Below are positions 1 to 13,566 of a DNA stretch of 64,000 nt, one piece after another (position 1 is the stretch's first letter; every line of letters begins with the position of its first letter). Source of the stretch: Laetmonice hystrix (taxonomy: Eukaryota); contig OZ249445.1 in NCBI GenBank assembly GCA_965235115.1, positions 9,548,001 to 9,612,000 of the forward strand. Direction: 5' to 3'. The notes below the pieces were generated by a model. That model was given only the letters and a program-made list of their open reading frames with translations, was not told the origin of the DNA and ran no database searches. The translations under genes and the position numbers were made by a program.

Positions 1-1869
1 TGACTGTGTGAATGCAGCCAGTAGCCTCCTACCCCAGGGCTTGCAGGCCCATCAGCCAGACGGCCGGGTTTGCTCTGACATCTCCTATGTGTTTACCTTG
101 AAAATGCCGACAGGGGACACTGTCGGACAGAGGGCGCCAGTGTCGTGTATGAATGAAGGAGGCGTGGGTGTGGGAAATACTGTGACGACAAAATAAGCAT
201 CGATCAGTGAAACAAGGCCTATATGCGGGCACACTGCAGCGCGCACTGCCGCAAATCGGACGGAAAACTCTTCGATCTTTTTATTGTACTCTATGGGAAA
301 CTAACATAAGTGTAGTGAAGGAAATTATGGGACAAAATGACGTGGAGCAACGCGTACATGCGAGGCTATACATTTCTGAGAAAATACTGAAGAAACAAAA
401 AGAAATGAAAAAACGTATACTTCCAATGAAGGCAAATATGTCTCTCGGCATCCATAAGGAATGTGGTTTATGCAGCAGAAACTTTTTTCTTTGTTGGGAA
501 GATGAGTATGATAAAAAATATCATTTTAAAATACAATAGGTTCTGCTGTGGATTCCCCGACTATACTTAACGTGTATGTAATATGGAGTTAGAAGGCGTG
601 TGTCGTGCTGAGTGTAAGGGTGGAAGTGGGGGTGGCCCTTTTAAATCATTGTACATAGGGATTGTGCGTGTATGGAAATATCCAGCATGGCACAATAGCA
701 TTTGGAGCTGGTATTACAAATATATACATATTATCTCAACTATAATGTTCTGCCTATGTTTATTTTTACATCGGTTGCTTTTACCAATATAGGCCTATGA
801 CCTATATCAAATTTGGCAGAATCATGCCAATATGCCGTAAATAACCTCCCGCTTTGGAGAAATCGCACAATATGTCAGTTATGGTAACACTCGTCGACCG
901 ACATACTTTTCTAGGATATGACCTGCTTGGGGCATTAGCTTGACCCCATGATCGAAATAAAATATTTCCTGCTGCGAGCCACTATCGTCCATCACCTCGC
1001 CCCTCGCCCCCCCCCCCCAACTACAGGTGAGATCAACACTGCTTCATTCATAACGTCTTTCCGGAAATACATCATAGGGTAAGTCTAGTGCATGATCCTG
1101 GTGAGCAGATGACACGGTATCTTAAGTGTCCCCGTATACAAGGACGAGATAGGGGAAGTCCCTGTGGACCATACAGGCAGTCTACCGACACAAAGCGATA
1201 AGGACCAACGACCAGAGCTGCATGCTAACTCTAAGTCTATAACATTCTGATTATCAACGTCTAAACTTAATAGCTCCGTCGAAGTTGTAGCCTAATTCAC
1301 CCTTGTCTAAAAATTGATTCTGATGTAAAAAAAAAAAAACAGAAGAAAAATCTGCGCATTTAATATTGAGTTGATAAAGCAGTTATAAAACCTATATATT
1401 GCATATTCTAGAAGTTTCATTATGAATAAAATCTTCACATCATCAGCTACATTTTCGTTGTCCAGAAAATGTCAACGTAGGGATGGCCCTAATTAACCAA
1501 ACCATTTATCGCTTCAATATAGTTTTGTATAATTTACAAGTGTTTCCTGCCGTTTTGTATCAGTGGTTCGTAGAACATGCAACATAAAAAAAATGACTAA
1601 AATAAGTACCAAGATTCCTCACCATCTACGACGCTGGCCGTATTAGGTCTACTCCCTTCTATACGTAAACCATGCCATTTAAATACATGCAAATTCATGC
1701 AAATTCTTGTATCCTACGTCAATGCAACCCTATGTATAGGCATATCTACTAGTCGCAAGTGTTAAGAATGCCTGTTAGAAAAAAAGGCCAGTTGCTTGGT
1801 CACACAACACAGGCCTGCATGTCAAACGAATATAGGTATTTTCAACTGGAACAGTCTAGAAGAGAGCTG

Positions 1870-2122
1870 GGTGGGTGGGTATTTGGGGTTTTACGCCTTG
1901 CAACAGCCAGGGTCATATCACGGCGGTGAAGATGATGATGAAAGTCAGTTTTTCTTGGTGGAGGAAACCGGAGTACCCGGAGGAAATCACCGACCTTCGG
2001 GAAGGAACTGACTGACAAACCTTTCACACATGCAGCCCTGGCCGGGGATCGAACCCGGATCACAGCGGTGTGAGGCGATGGTCATAGGCGTCATGAGCCA
2101 ACACCTTAGACCATTCGGCCAG
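1870..2122 (-). mobile_element. tRNA-derived SINE with V/Meta-type central core
   Basis: Minus strand has an A-box (TGGCCGAATGG), a B-box (GGTTCGATCCC), the central TTTCCTCCGGGTACTCCGGTTTCCTCCACC core and a simple-repeat tail. Possible 8-bp target duplication GAGAGCTG at 1862-1869 and 2123-2130. Confidence 0.8.
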
Positions 2123-2535
2123 GAGAGCTGCAGATGTAGGCCTACACATTTAAATTTATAGTACGATTTATTTTAAAAGCACTCTTTCCTTGTCCCCAGG
2201 TATCTCTAGCAATATAGAATTTTCTTAAACACAAAAAAATATCCGTAAAACAAATTGTTGATCCCATGAACCCAGACGAGGCTGAGAATCATGGGTGCCT
2301 TGTGAGCTGGAATATCAGGGAGAATGGTGGAAGGGTGGGGTAGCCTATTTAGACACGCTGAATGAGGAGGCCTCAAGGGCATTATAGCTGGTATGTCAAA
2401 GCAAAAATAAAATACGGTTCAATTTTGCAGGATCCCGAGATCTTATTTGGGATTATTTTGGGGTTGCAATTCCAATCCGGACAATAACACCCCCCCCTGT
2501 AGAGTGATCCTTACCCCTCCGGCATACATTCTTAC

Positions 2536-2750
2536 CGGTCCGGTGTGCCCCATTCAGCCCATTGTATAATCTTTGGTGACATATATTGTCTGTTCTATAC
2601 TTGAAGACGCTTAAGAGTATACCTAAAACGAGTATCAATGACGTTATAGATATAATAACGTTCAATCCAAGGTAAAGATTGTCCCAAATGGTAGTCTCAG
2701 GACCAGCAATTGGTGCCTTCAAAACCAGGAACCAATCGTATCGATCCTGT
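2536..2750 (-). CDS. Candidate internal exon encoding a transmembrane helix (…LYLGLNVIISITSLILVLGILLSVFKYR…), gene unidentified
   Basis: Open frame with a hydrophobic run of about 23 residues followed by KYR, and a strong ACCG|gtaaga donor. The acceptor is weak or ambiguous (2746 or 2750). No family recognised. Confidence 0.3.
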
Positions 2751-5700
2751 CTGAGGTGTGATTACTGTGATAACGATAATTATTAATGTCTTTAATGGAA
2801 GTAGTGGCTCTTCACTGGCTGTCATGGCTGAAGTCTGGCCACCGTGCAGTGGGTCCAGCTGTCAGCACTAGACGGTACTCACACCATGATAAATGACCGT
2901 GTTATTTGGACCACTGCACGGCCAACCAACAGGTCATATTCCCGTCCAATATTTAACGGTATACTACTTATCGGGATTTTCATTATAATTAACAAAATAT
3001 TAAATTAAAGTATTTAAAAAGTTGGCTTTAATATCGTTTGACCCGCAAGGTCAAGGGACGTTTGGTGGGTGGGACGGTCCCGGAAACCAACCCTGGGAAC
3101 TGCACCGGCTTAGCCCTGATCCGAGGCTACTTGTAATTGGTTTCCAACAGTGAAACAGGGGGCATTCGGACCTGTATATGTCTGCAGACCGGTGGCCCGT
3201 GCCGCCAAGTGTTGGCATTCTGACAGCAGCGAGCAGAGTGGGGGAGGATCCGTAACTCGCCGCCCCGTAACCGGGCCGATCTGTGGACGCCGGGGCTGGT
3301 TACACCACAGGGTGGCTGAAAGCTGCCTGTCAAACCAGAGGCCTATACCCACTGTCTCCGTGAGAGATGGGGTCCTTCGGTGCAAACTAGAATGAACTGT
3401 TAACCACTTTCTAACAACATCGACACACACATATAGAAAAATCTCGCATGCATATTGTAACCCTCCTTTGTTTAAATCATTCAAATATAATTAATGAAGA
3501 CGAAGTGAGGCAATAACAAAAATGTGATACTTCACTATCTTCAGAGGTCAAACCTGTTCGATTTGGACTTCTTCCAAACCTTTCGACCTCAACCCCGGTC
3601 ACATATTAAGATATCCACTGATAATATATCACCGGTGCAACCCTGAGTAGGGTACTTGTTACATTTCAAATAGTAGAATACGTCAACATATATATACCTA
3701 ACCCCGAGTCAGGCTAGATCAATGGGCCAACCGTTTGACTGCGAGTTGGCCGGTCTCTTCATTACTTCTTTATACGTTACGACTGGTGCCTTTCATTTCT
3801 TTTTATGTCACCTGGAAACGTTTTCATAGTGACTTAGTTTCTACAAAGGTATCATGTTACTGATATGCCCTATTACTCCGAGTGTTAACTGCAATTTATC
3901 AATGACCAATAAACGTAAGGCCCGTTTGGCTGTTAAAGAGTTAAAGCTGTTGAGAATTGTTTTAATGCCCCTGCCAGCCGACGATCAGTATGTCTTTGGA
4001 CCCGCACCGAGCTATTGTTACGTCAACCAGTGAATTCCAGTCCACCCCACTTACCAAGGGCGGGGCCCAACGTGTCCTGTCAATAAAACAAAACCAGATG
4101 ATTGTCACTGTTTGCAGGCCGTGATTCACAGCAGACATGCCCTCAGCATACCGATTGAGACATAGTTCTGCGCCCCGATCATTCCAGCATCAGTGACTTG
4201 AAAACAAGCAAATTTCGCAGAACAATTATTTTGTTTTACGATATTTTAAGGGGTTCGAATCCTCGATTATAGTAATGTTGATGATGAAAACGATTACATC
4301 TGAACGTGACAACGGCTGCACATTCTGCTCTCGGAGAGAGATACATGGCAAATAAAGACCTCTACAGGCCGCACTTTCCAAGACATGATTACATGGGCAT
4401 CCACAGAGGGCTTGGAACTATCTGGAAACGTAAGGCAGACGTCACGGTATCTCCGACGACCCGGGAGATCAGGGTCCACCACTCTGTTCACTATAATCTT
4501 CACTAACAAATCTATCGGACGACGTTTTTCATCACCGCCTATCTCTGATGAGTAATTCTATGCCGCTGAAACAGGCAGTGACTCAGCACTTTAAAGAGTG
4601 ACCACAACTGAGTACACAACTTTCCCTTTTCTCTGAGGGTGATTTTTCGACCTGCAATCCTCGACCCTCCTTGTGGTGAGGCCGGTTATCGGTGAATTCT
4701 CGTGACAGTAATGTTTGGTCAGGGTTCATTGTGAGGGTACGTCTTGACCTACCTGGACGGTGGCTCAGATTACTTGACATACCTGTCCAGATATGTATGT
4801 CATAACGTGTAGGGAGGCGCCTAGGTAAGCGAGGTAGGCCTATGGTTGACAAAAGGTGGAAGCTGTTGGGATGGGCAGAAGGAGCGGTCGATTTCAAAGT
4901 AATTATTACATTCAAATATGATATCAGACATCCGATCCGGAATGTCAGTGGGGGGGGGGGGGGGATGTACATCCATAAAATTACAGGGTTCGAGGGTAAA
5001 TATATATGAAATTCAAAGAACAGAATAGATGAGAGGAGAGCGAGAGAGGGCGAAATGGTGGTGTTACGCCGTGTCCGCATCTATAGGCCACCTTCAAGGC
5101 AAAAACATGCAGAGGTAGAACACTGATAGTAAAAGAGAATTATTTTAGGCTATAATCAGGTATAAGCTATACGGTGGGGCGTATACACAGCTACCTGCAG
5201 GTTATACACAGCTACCTGCAGGTGACCAGGAAGAATCCCTATCAAATCACGTACGCCACCCGTAGATCTACTCTCCAGGCTCACGTCCACCAGTCATCAA
5301 TAATTATCATTTATCAATTTCAGCTGACATTGCTAACATGGCAGAAGAAGATCGTTCGTCCCATCCCAACCCCTACACATTCCTTGTCATATTACAATGA
5401 TTTCACTGTCTATTTCCCTTCCCCGTCGGATTACACGATCTTGCCCGCAGTAATCTGTATGTCCCCGGCCCCTGTTTGTGCCATGGTGTCATCTGCCCTC
5501 TATTTCTATGGTCTCCATGCTTCACCATGTTGACTGCACCATCCACGCTACCAGCAGCGAGTTTGTGATTGCAAAACAAGCCGAGATGCGTGACTCTTCG
5601 TCTTGACAATTCTATAGAGAGGAAGACCAGACCCTCCCGGATCTATTTTATCAGATAAATCCATATCATTTAACAAATCAGATGGATGCAGGTATAATGC

Positions 5701-6481
5701 GTAAGAATTATGTTCATCGAGAGCTGCTGGACTATATACTATGGAATTCCAATGGTCTCCGACGAATCCTATATGCACTGAATGACTCCTCTATAAGGTG
5801 ACTCCTCTACGTTGACTTACCCAGCCCCTGAAACCACTTCAGTGGTTACTTAGGTGTGGTCGTGTCATTTTTCTGTTTTATGTTTGACGATAAACATGCC
5901 ACAGATAGGTGACACTGCCTACACAAACATATCGTCCCTGATGACAATTCCAAGAACTAGGATGATTTCCGTCATGAACGAATGTGATGTGTCACAGTGC
6001 AGGTTTTATTGAACTGATGAATAAGGCACATTGGTGTGGTCCCCATTGCCAGATGATTCCAGTGTCGTCTGGTTCGATTACCGCCTATATCTACGGATGG
6101 AAAGGTGAATAAACGTCAGAAAATTATTATATAGCTTATGGCCTCTTGTATTACTCCTTCTCTGTCTGTCTGTCCGTCTCTCTCTGTCTGTCTCTGTCTG
6201 TCTCTGTCTATCTCGCTGTCTCTCTCCTTCGCCATCATTTTCTGAAGAAGTGAGAAAGCGGTTCGTTAATACTACTTCATCAATCCCCGTGGAGCCCTCT
6301 AATTGGTATTCCAGTCAGAAGTAGGATCCCCGCCCATGCTCTAATTAAAAAAAACTGGATGTTTTGATTTGCACTCATTAACCAGCCAATCTGCGTACTA
6401 CTCAGATAAATGCCCAATTAACACTAAAAGACTATATCATCCACACGGACCTGCGATGGCAACCACCTATGTGCAGTGGGT

Positions 6482-7017
6482 GTAGGAACGAATCATGGCA
6501 TTGTGTCTACACATTATGTGTAGGAACGAATCATGGCATTATGTCTACACATTATGTGTAGGAACGAATCATGGCATTATGTCTACACATTATATGTAGA
6601 AACGAATCATGGCATTATGTCTACACATTATGTGTAGGAACGAATCATGGCATTATGTCTACACATTATGTGTATAGGAACGAATCATGGCATTATGTCT
6701 ACACATTATGTGTAGGAACGAATCATGGCATTATGTCTACACATTATGTGTAGGAACGAATCATGGCATTATGTCTACACATTATGTGTAGGAACGAATC
6801 ATGGCATTATGTCTACACATTATGTGTAGGAACGAATCATGGCATTATGTCTACACATTATGTGTAGGAACGAATCATATGGCATTATGTCTACACATTA
6901 TGTGTAGGAACGAATCATGGCATTATGTCTACACATTATGTGTAGGAACGAATCATGGCATTATGTCTACACATTATGTGTAGGAACGAATCATGGCATT
7001 ATGTCTACACATTATGT
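6482..7017. repeat. 38-bp minisatellite, about 14 copies
   Basis: Unit GTAGGAACGAATCATGGCATTATGTCTACACATTATGT, head-to-tail with rare 2-bp insertions. Confidence 0.95.
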
Positions 7018-9679
7018 TGTGTCCATTCACACGGATTTCAGCATTCCTCCCCCCTCCGCCTCACCGGTCACGTGACTGGCCTCCCTAATATGACCGGCTG
7101 GAGAGCACGTGCCCGGCACATATAGATCACTCGGCGACGTGGGAAAGGCGGGATCAAAGTTTGACTGACAGCGGCCAGGCACGGGGCCCGTTAAAAGTTG
7201 ACGCCGGCCACTGTAGTGATTCACAGACACTACCGATCCAATCAGAGATGATGAGTTTAGAACATCGGAAAGCCAATACGTTTTCCTAGCATTACACTTC
7301 CTACGTAAATCGTAGCTGGACACCAACTGTATTTGGATATAAGCAGCGGAAGACCCAGTACCCCTAGGCCGGGAAGGCGACTGTTAACTTGGACATGGAG
7401 AAGACGTTTGTCATCTTATCTATCTGTATAATGTTAAGTCATGGACGACCGCACTACAGTATAGAAGGTAAGAAGTTTACGAAAGGAACATATACATGTG
7501 TATAGTTTCGGTATATCTAATTTGATTTCAATTCTAGAAACATTTTCTTGTACTCCGTTATTGTTCTCTCAAATAGGTTAACTTAAATTTTATATGAAAA
7601 ACTTCTTTTCTGCATCTAACATATTATTTTCTGTTAGTTCCCACGAGGCGATAAAACGTTTGATACAGTCATTGTACTCCGTGTAGTACCCGGCGGGGGG
7701 GGGGGGGGGGTATGCGGCCCGAGCCGGTCTCAAACAGCTGATAAACCAACAGCTGTTCCCTGGCCACTGGCCTAGATATCGTCCTCAAGCTACATAACAC
7801 CAGCATTTAGAATACCTTCTTCAAAAAACAACGATATCTTGTCCAAACAACCACCTGTTTCTACCCGTCCTCTCACCACATTCCTACATGTAAACTGGAG
7901 ACCTGTGGGTGCGTGGGTGAGTTATATCTGTCTCTTTGTGACACACCCTCTCTGTCCGCACAGGCTGAGCTCGATTACTGCCAATCCGTATCCCGTATCG
8001 GCGCGGCGTCAGGGAATCTGACGCATAGGCACCGGAACCAGGGGCGAAGGGGCCACCCCCCCCCCCCCCAACTCTCAGGCTTGGGGGGGGGGGGACGGGG
8101 GGCTGTAGTCCTAATGGTCTTTCCGTCTTACCCTCCCCCCTACTAGGGGGTTTCGGGTACCCCCCCCCCTCCACCCCACCCACCACCGCCACCCCTATAC
8201 GTAGGGGTGGCGGGGTTTTTCAGCATGTCCCTACGTACAAATTATACGTACAAATTTAGGGCCTTGATCTATAGCTTGAAAAAAATCTAAAGCCTTCTAA
8301 ACAAGAAAAATAACTGGCCTTGTTCTTGTGCATTGCTGTGTTACAGTCGTTATTGTGCATCAGGCAAACTCCAATCTTTATATGACCGTGCCTAATGTGA
8401 AGGTATAACCATGTCGATATTCCTGTTTTACAGAATCGGAGAACGATGTAGGCCTACTGGCGCACAGCTCGAGGGGCAGTACTTTAATGGCTACTCTACA
8501 ACGGGTACTAATGTCAGAAAGAAGTAAAAGGACGCATCATAATGAAATGATTCTTAATCTAATCAAAAGGGAAATCGGACAAAGGGTGGACTCTGTTATG
8601 AAGGAGGAGAAGGTGCGGTCGGGGCCGGTGTCCAGTCGACGCCGGCCGCGATGGGCGGCCTCCCGCTCGGCCACCGGGAGTACGACCGACCGAGGGGGCT
8701 GGGGCGGGGGCTACGGCAAGTAGGCACGCTCTCATTGTGCACATCCCAAGTGTTACAGGGAGAAATCTCTCTTCATGAAGATAATCAAGACTCCCAGCAT
8801 CAAGACTCCCAGCTGCCATCAAATCGAGCAACACCAGGAGCGTGTGCTTTCTCCGAGTCTTTCCCTGAACGGAATGCGTGGCCGTTTTACCAACAGTGAC
8901 TATCTAATACAGATTGTTAACGTCAAGATCTCACAGACTGTCAGGCGTGTAAACTCGCAGGGTTCGAGGACGATACATTCTGCGTTCTGGCATCGTACAG
9001 TCATATAAAGTGCTCGATTTTCAAAGAAGAAGTCTATGTACTCCACTATTTATTGTCTATTTATTTTTTCTTTTATATGTCTTTTACATATCAAAATTGC
9101 ATGAATGAGACAAACTGTGTGCTATGGCTATAAGAGAGAAAGATCTACACTTACTGTGTCGGTGTACACGAGTGACGATGAATAAAGTCAGGGTTACCGC
9201 ATTGAACCTTTTATTGTATTGTATGTACATGTCGGTGGCAGTCTTTTGAATACCAGGGGGCTTGAGTTTTTTTAACTGAAAGAACGATTTTGTGGGGAGA
9301 TTGGATAAACAGGCACGGTGAAAATAATATTTTATTCTAAAAGGAGACTGAAATGAACAAAGTGTTATTGCAAGTCAAAAGTGCCGGTTGCCTTTGAATC
9401 TATTTGAAAGGAAAAGTTGTAAGTTTTTGTAGCGTGGCAGAAAAAAAGTCCAGCCCATGAGAAAATAAAGTTCCCTGCAAAAACTCTGCCCCCCCCAAAG
9501 ATTTGCAATGATGTTTCCTTATCCTACTTCCGATGCCTACAGTGCCGGCTACCTTTACCTTCAACAATGACGATGGCTTCGCGCACAATAGAATTAGAAT
9601 CTGTAACTCCATGGCCACAATAACGAAAAAGGATGTTGGTGGTTGGTTGACAGGTGATCTTAGCTCTTATCGAAAACTG

Positions 9680-9850
9680 TTTTCAGGACGGGAACACTTT
9701 TTGATCTGTCCGGGGTGATGAGAAACCCGCACACCGGGTTTGTTTTACACGCAACACCTCATCGACAGAGCACGGCTGGAGGCACTGAGCAGGGTGAGGA
9801 TTCAAAACGGCCCAAAGCCAGCGTCTCTAACCGAGACTAACCTGAGAGGA
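9680..9850 (-). mobile_element. Degenerate tRNA-headed SINE fragment
   Basis: Eroded tRNA-like head (…GGTTAGAGACGCTGGCTTT…TTGAATCCTCACC) on the minus strand; boundaries approximate. Confidence 0.3.
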
Positions 9851-11844
9851 CTCATTCTCACGACTTATTTTTGTGAGCAGTAAGCTATAAAACGTGTTCA
9901 ATGTTGAGCCATAGTCCTCAAGATCATGCAAGTAAGGGATGAAAGATGAAACCCCAAACCACATACATACATGTCCCGTCCATTGTTAGATACATACATT
10001 ATAGATCTATGTAAGCGTAACCAATGCCTATACAGCGGAAGACATATTGCCAATGTTCAACCTAAGACCAGTTTGAAGTTCCTTTCTCCATCTGACTGAG
10101 ATAACCTTGATTAGAAAAAACCATGTTTTTAAAGCGCTTGAGGCTGTTTACTAGAGGTGGGCGGGTTAGGCGTGGTGGCCGTCTGATGGCCGGAACTCTC
10201 CCCGCTTACAGTGTCAATACCCGCCACCTCCCGGCTCAAGGACCGAGATTGATGGCGCTAATATCTACTTTACCAAGACAGTTGGGGCGCTTGTCTCACG
10301 CTGCGCAGGCAGGTAGCCACGAGTATCTACAGCATGTCCAATAGAAACGCAAAGCTCCTTTGGTGTTCCGTGAGAAGTGCCCACCTGTTCTGCCCACACA
10401 CCGAGTGGCAACAATCAGCTGGACGGAGGCAACGGTCAGATGTCTCCCTGTAACTAGTGTTCGTTCAATATCAACTGAGTGGTTCGTAAGCTCACCCCCA
10501 CCCTATCCACAAATCCATTGGCCCACACAAACATACAGGTAAAATACCGCGGCGGGCAAAACAAAGTCCCGTCCTTTCCGACAAAATCATATACCCGGCA
10601 ATATATTTTCACCTCAATGCATCCATAAATATAGTTACGTAGTACACCTCCGCCCATGTTAGCTGGGGTGCATTTTCAAATTCTGGGCCTTTTCAGACCA
10701 AAAAGTCCATAATTATCTAGCCTAAATTGGGAAAGCTGGACCATTTGGACCTTCCCAGATTATTGGTGCAGCAACCCCCCCTTCCTTTGGTTACAGGCCT
10801 GCGTAATACGTAGCATGAAACCAATGAGGCTAGGTGACGTGTGGTTTGATCTGTGGTCCGTACAGGAGAGGAGCTGAGATAAGCCGTTTGATAAAGAAGA
10901 ATACCTGGTGTGGCCAGAGACTGTAAACAACCCTCTCATGAGTGCTCCGTCAATCTTTAGAGGGCCACCATCTCCTCACGACCAGACATTCCTCTTCCTT
11001 GGCCCTTTGTCCGAATCTATAAAGCATTGTGAACCCACACAGTTACACGTATCCCAAGACAACACACAAATCAAAGTTCACATCTCATATTTCTATCTAT
11101 TGTACCATTATCAATAATATTGTAGGTCTAGATAACTTAGAACCTATATTTTCCTGTTATTTGCACGACCTACTGGCCAGTTACTAGTCTGACTGCACTT
11201 TTATCAGGTATATTCTTATGTAGCCCACTGTAACGGGGATGCATGTCAGCTACGTATACATGTTTATGGGTACCCTATATATACTTTTATTTAATCGCAT
11301 ATAATTTTTAGTATAGTTAACAAGATAAAAACTTAAGGCAGCCAGAAGCAGGTCAACTCCGACGCTGTCCGCTTCTCATTACAAACAATGGACTGATACC
11401 AAATGGTTGACTGCTCCCGTCCCACGCTGTCAACATTACATTAATTGCAGCAGCATCAATATAACATTTTCTATCCAGCGTGGGATTAAGTATAATTGCA
11501 TGAAGTAGTATTAGTTATTTTAGTGGGCAATTCTAAGTCAATCATAAGGCGTACCAACTTTAATCAGATACCATTGTCTCCGAGAACCAAGCTGTAGTAC
11601 ACCCCAAGTGCTAAAAGCCTCGCCAGCAGTTATTACGCAGTTCTCTATAATAAGTGTTATCTCCCGAAACGTCATGACTGCTATACCACCCGTCGCACTC
11701 GGGCTGATTAAACAACCACATCGTGATCACAATTAACCAGTACCCGCTCTTTACGTGTCACCAAACTTCTTAACAATAGGAGACCCAAAAGATAAACCAC
11801 CCCCTTCCTGGTCAGCAACTTTAGCATCCCTATAAAAGGTCGTG

Positions 11845-12265
11845 CATCCATTTTGACAGAGATCCCTGCATGGGAAACGCACTAGCCATCCATTTTGACA
11901 GAGATCCCTGCATGGGAAACGCACTAGCCATCCATTTTGACAGAGATCCCTGCATGGGAAACGCACTAGCCATCCATTTTGACAGAGATCCCTGCATGGC
12001 AAACGCACTAGCCATCCATTTTGACAGAGATCCCTGCATGGCAAACGCACTAGCCATCCATTTTTACAGAGATCCCTGCATGGGAAACGCACTAGCCATC
12101 CATTTTTACAGAGATCCCTGCATGGCAAACGCACTAGCCATCCATTTTGACAGAGATCCCGGCATGGGAAACGCACTAGCCATCCATTTTTACAGAGATC
12201 CCTGCATGGCAAACGCACTAGCCATCCATTTTTACAGAGATCCCTGCATGGCAAACGCACTAGCC
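11845..12265. repeat. 42-bp minisatellite, 10 copies
   Basis: Unit CATCCATTTT(G/T)ACAGAGATCCCTGCATGG(G/-)(C/-)AAACGCACTAGC; variants differ at two positions. Confidence 0.95.
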
Positions 12266-13566
12266 ACCAGACGTGTTGCCACCTTATTATGAGACACGTA
12301 CCGTTTCGCGCCTATTAACATTTATAGTTTGTATGCGGCTCTCGGCAGAACATTCAACAACAACATTCACCAGCCTAGAAGACACTTGTAACTCCACAAG
12401 AAGACAATAGAACAACATTCAACCATCAGTGCGTTTCCTCTTCATCATTTCAAGCTATTTTGGTTTTTACTTATAACTTACCACAATTCGGCTCTGGATC
12501 TCGGCCGAACAGAGACGGAAAGAACCGGGGGCAAAGTTATACTACAAATTTATTAAAGAATTGGACGCATCCTCACACGTATATAATAGATGGGTATATA
12601 TTAATAGATAGACGGTAGAACTGAGAGCTGACTTATTGCGACTAGATGTAAACTTCATGATCTGGGAATCTGACAGAGTAAAATGTGTCGTGTCTACAGT
12701 GTAAAAACGTTGGCATGGGACGTTCATCATTAACAAGTTATGGTTTATTATGACAAAGATATCAGGATATCTTTGGCCATGACGGGACGGTTATGTTCTG
12801 TGTAATTTATGCTATCTCATTACAATCGTGTTTCCTCAATAGCCGCCACGGATAAGATCTACTGAATTCCGCAGAGGTTAGAATGGAATGTTGTTTACGT
12901 AATACGATCTATCTAATGTTGCCCGTTAAAATGATGGAATGGATGGGAAACAACAAGAAATAAGGCCACTGCCGATCACAAACAACTCACACAGTCTAGG
13001 CTTCGCGTACTTCCAAAAAATATATCAATCAAGTTGAAATCATTGACAAGAAAGTTCGTCAATAACAACTACATATCGAGGGCAGTATTGCGACAATGCC
13101 TGATTATGAATACCACTGGCTGTATATTAGCAAAGCATCAACACCCACCAGTGATACTGGGCAAAACACGGAGTTATGCCCATCTCTTAATCCGCAATTT
13201 GAATTCTGCCCATTTCACGTTATTCCATGTAACATAAAGATCGATCTATTTATAACTCATTTAAGACAAAGAGACAAAGACAAACGTTGTTTGTCAGGGC
13301 CTCTCAAAAAGACAATGGAACCATGAACTAAAAGTGTTTTTATAATTATATAAAAACGCTTATATACAATGTTTTATCATGCCTAACTATCTTCTAACTA
13401 GATGACAACGAAATCAAAGCAAGCAAGGGAAAACGTTTTGAGGGCTGTGGTTTTATTAAATGTCCAAGGTTACAGACAGTCGTCCTTCAGGAAGATTGCC
13501 TGACTTGGTCTAGTTTGAGTAGCGGAGTGTGACACACTATGGTTACCCTCCTACTCCAGCCCTGTT

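Noticed and set aside
1870-2122. tRNA gene
   Set aside because: A and B boxes are present but there is no cloverleaf; the SINE core and tail follow.
3076-3172. Possible structured RNA (GGAAACCAA/TTGGTTTCC, TAGCC/GGCTA and GGTCC/GGACC stems)
   Set aside because: Short stems in GC-rich DNA are expected by chance. The core CTGATCCGA is not a canonical hammerhead, and no known family motif was recognised.
4545-4572. Hammerhead-ribozyme-like CTGATGAG…GAAAC
   Set aside because: The intervening sequence cannot form stem II, and no correctly placed NUH or stems I/III were found.
6482-7017. CRISPR-like regular repeats (also the 42-, 49- and 86-bp arrays)
   Set aside because: Units are head-to-tail with no unique spacers, there are no cas genes, and the context is eukaryotic; these are minisatellites.
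5548-7380. Possible OTU-like or other coding exons (…VHIGFVGDHWNSIV…; 7027-7326 ORF)
   Set aside because: The resemblance is limited to a few residues, no catalytic Cys motif was found, and there is no convincing donor for the 5.7-kb segment.
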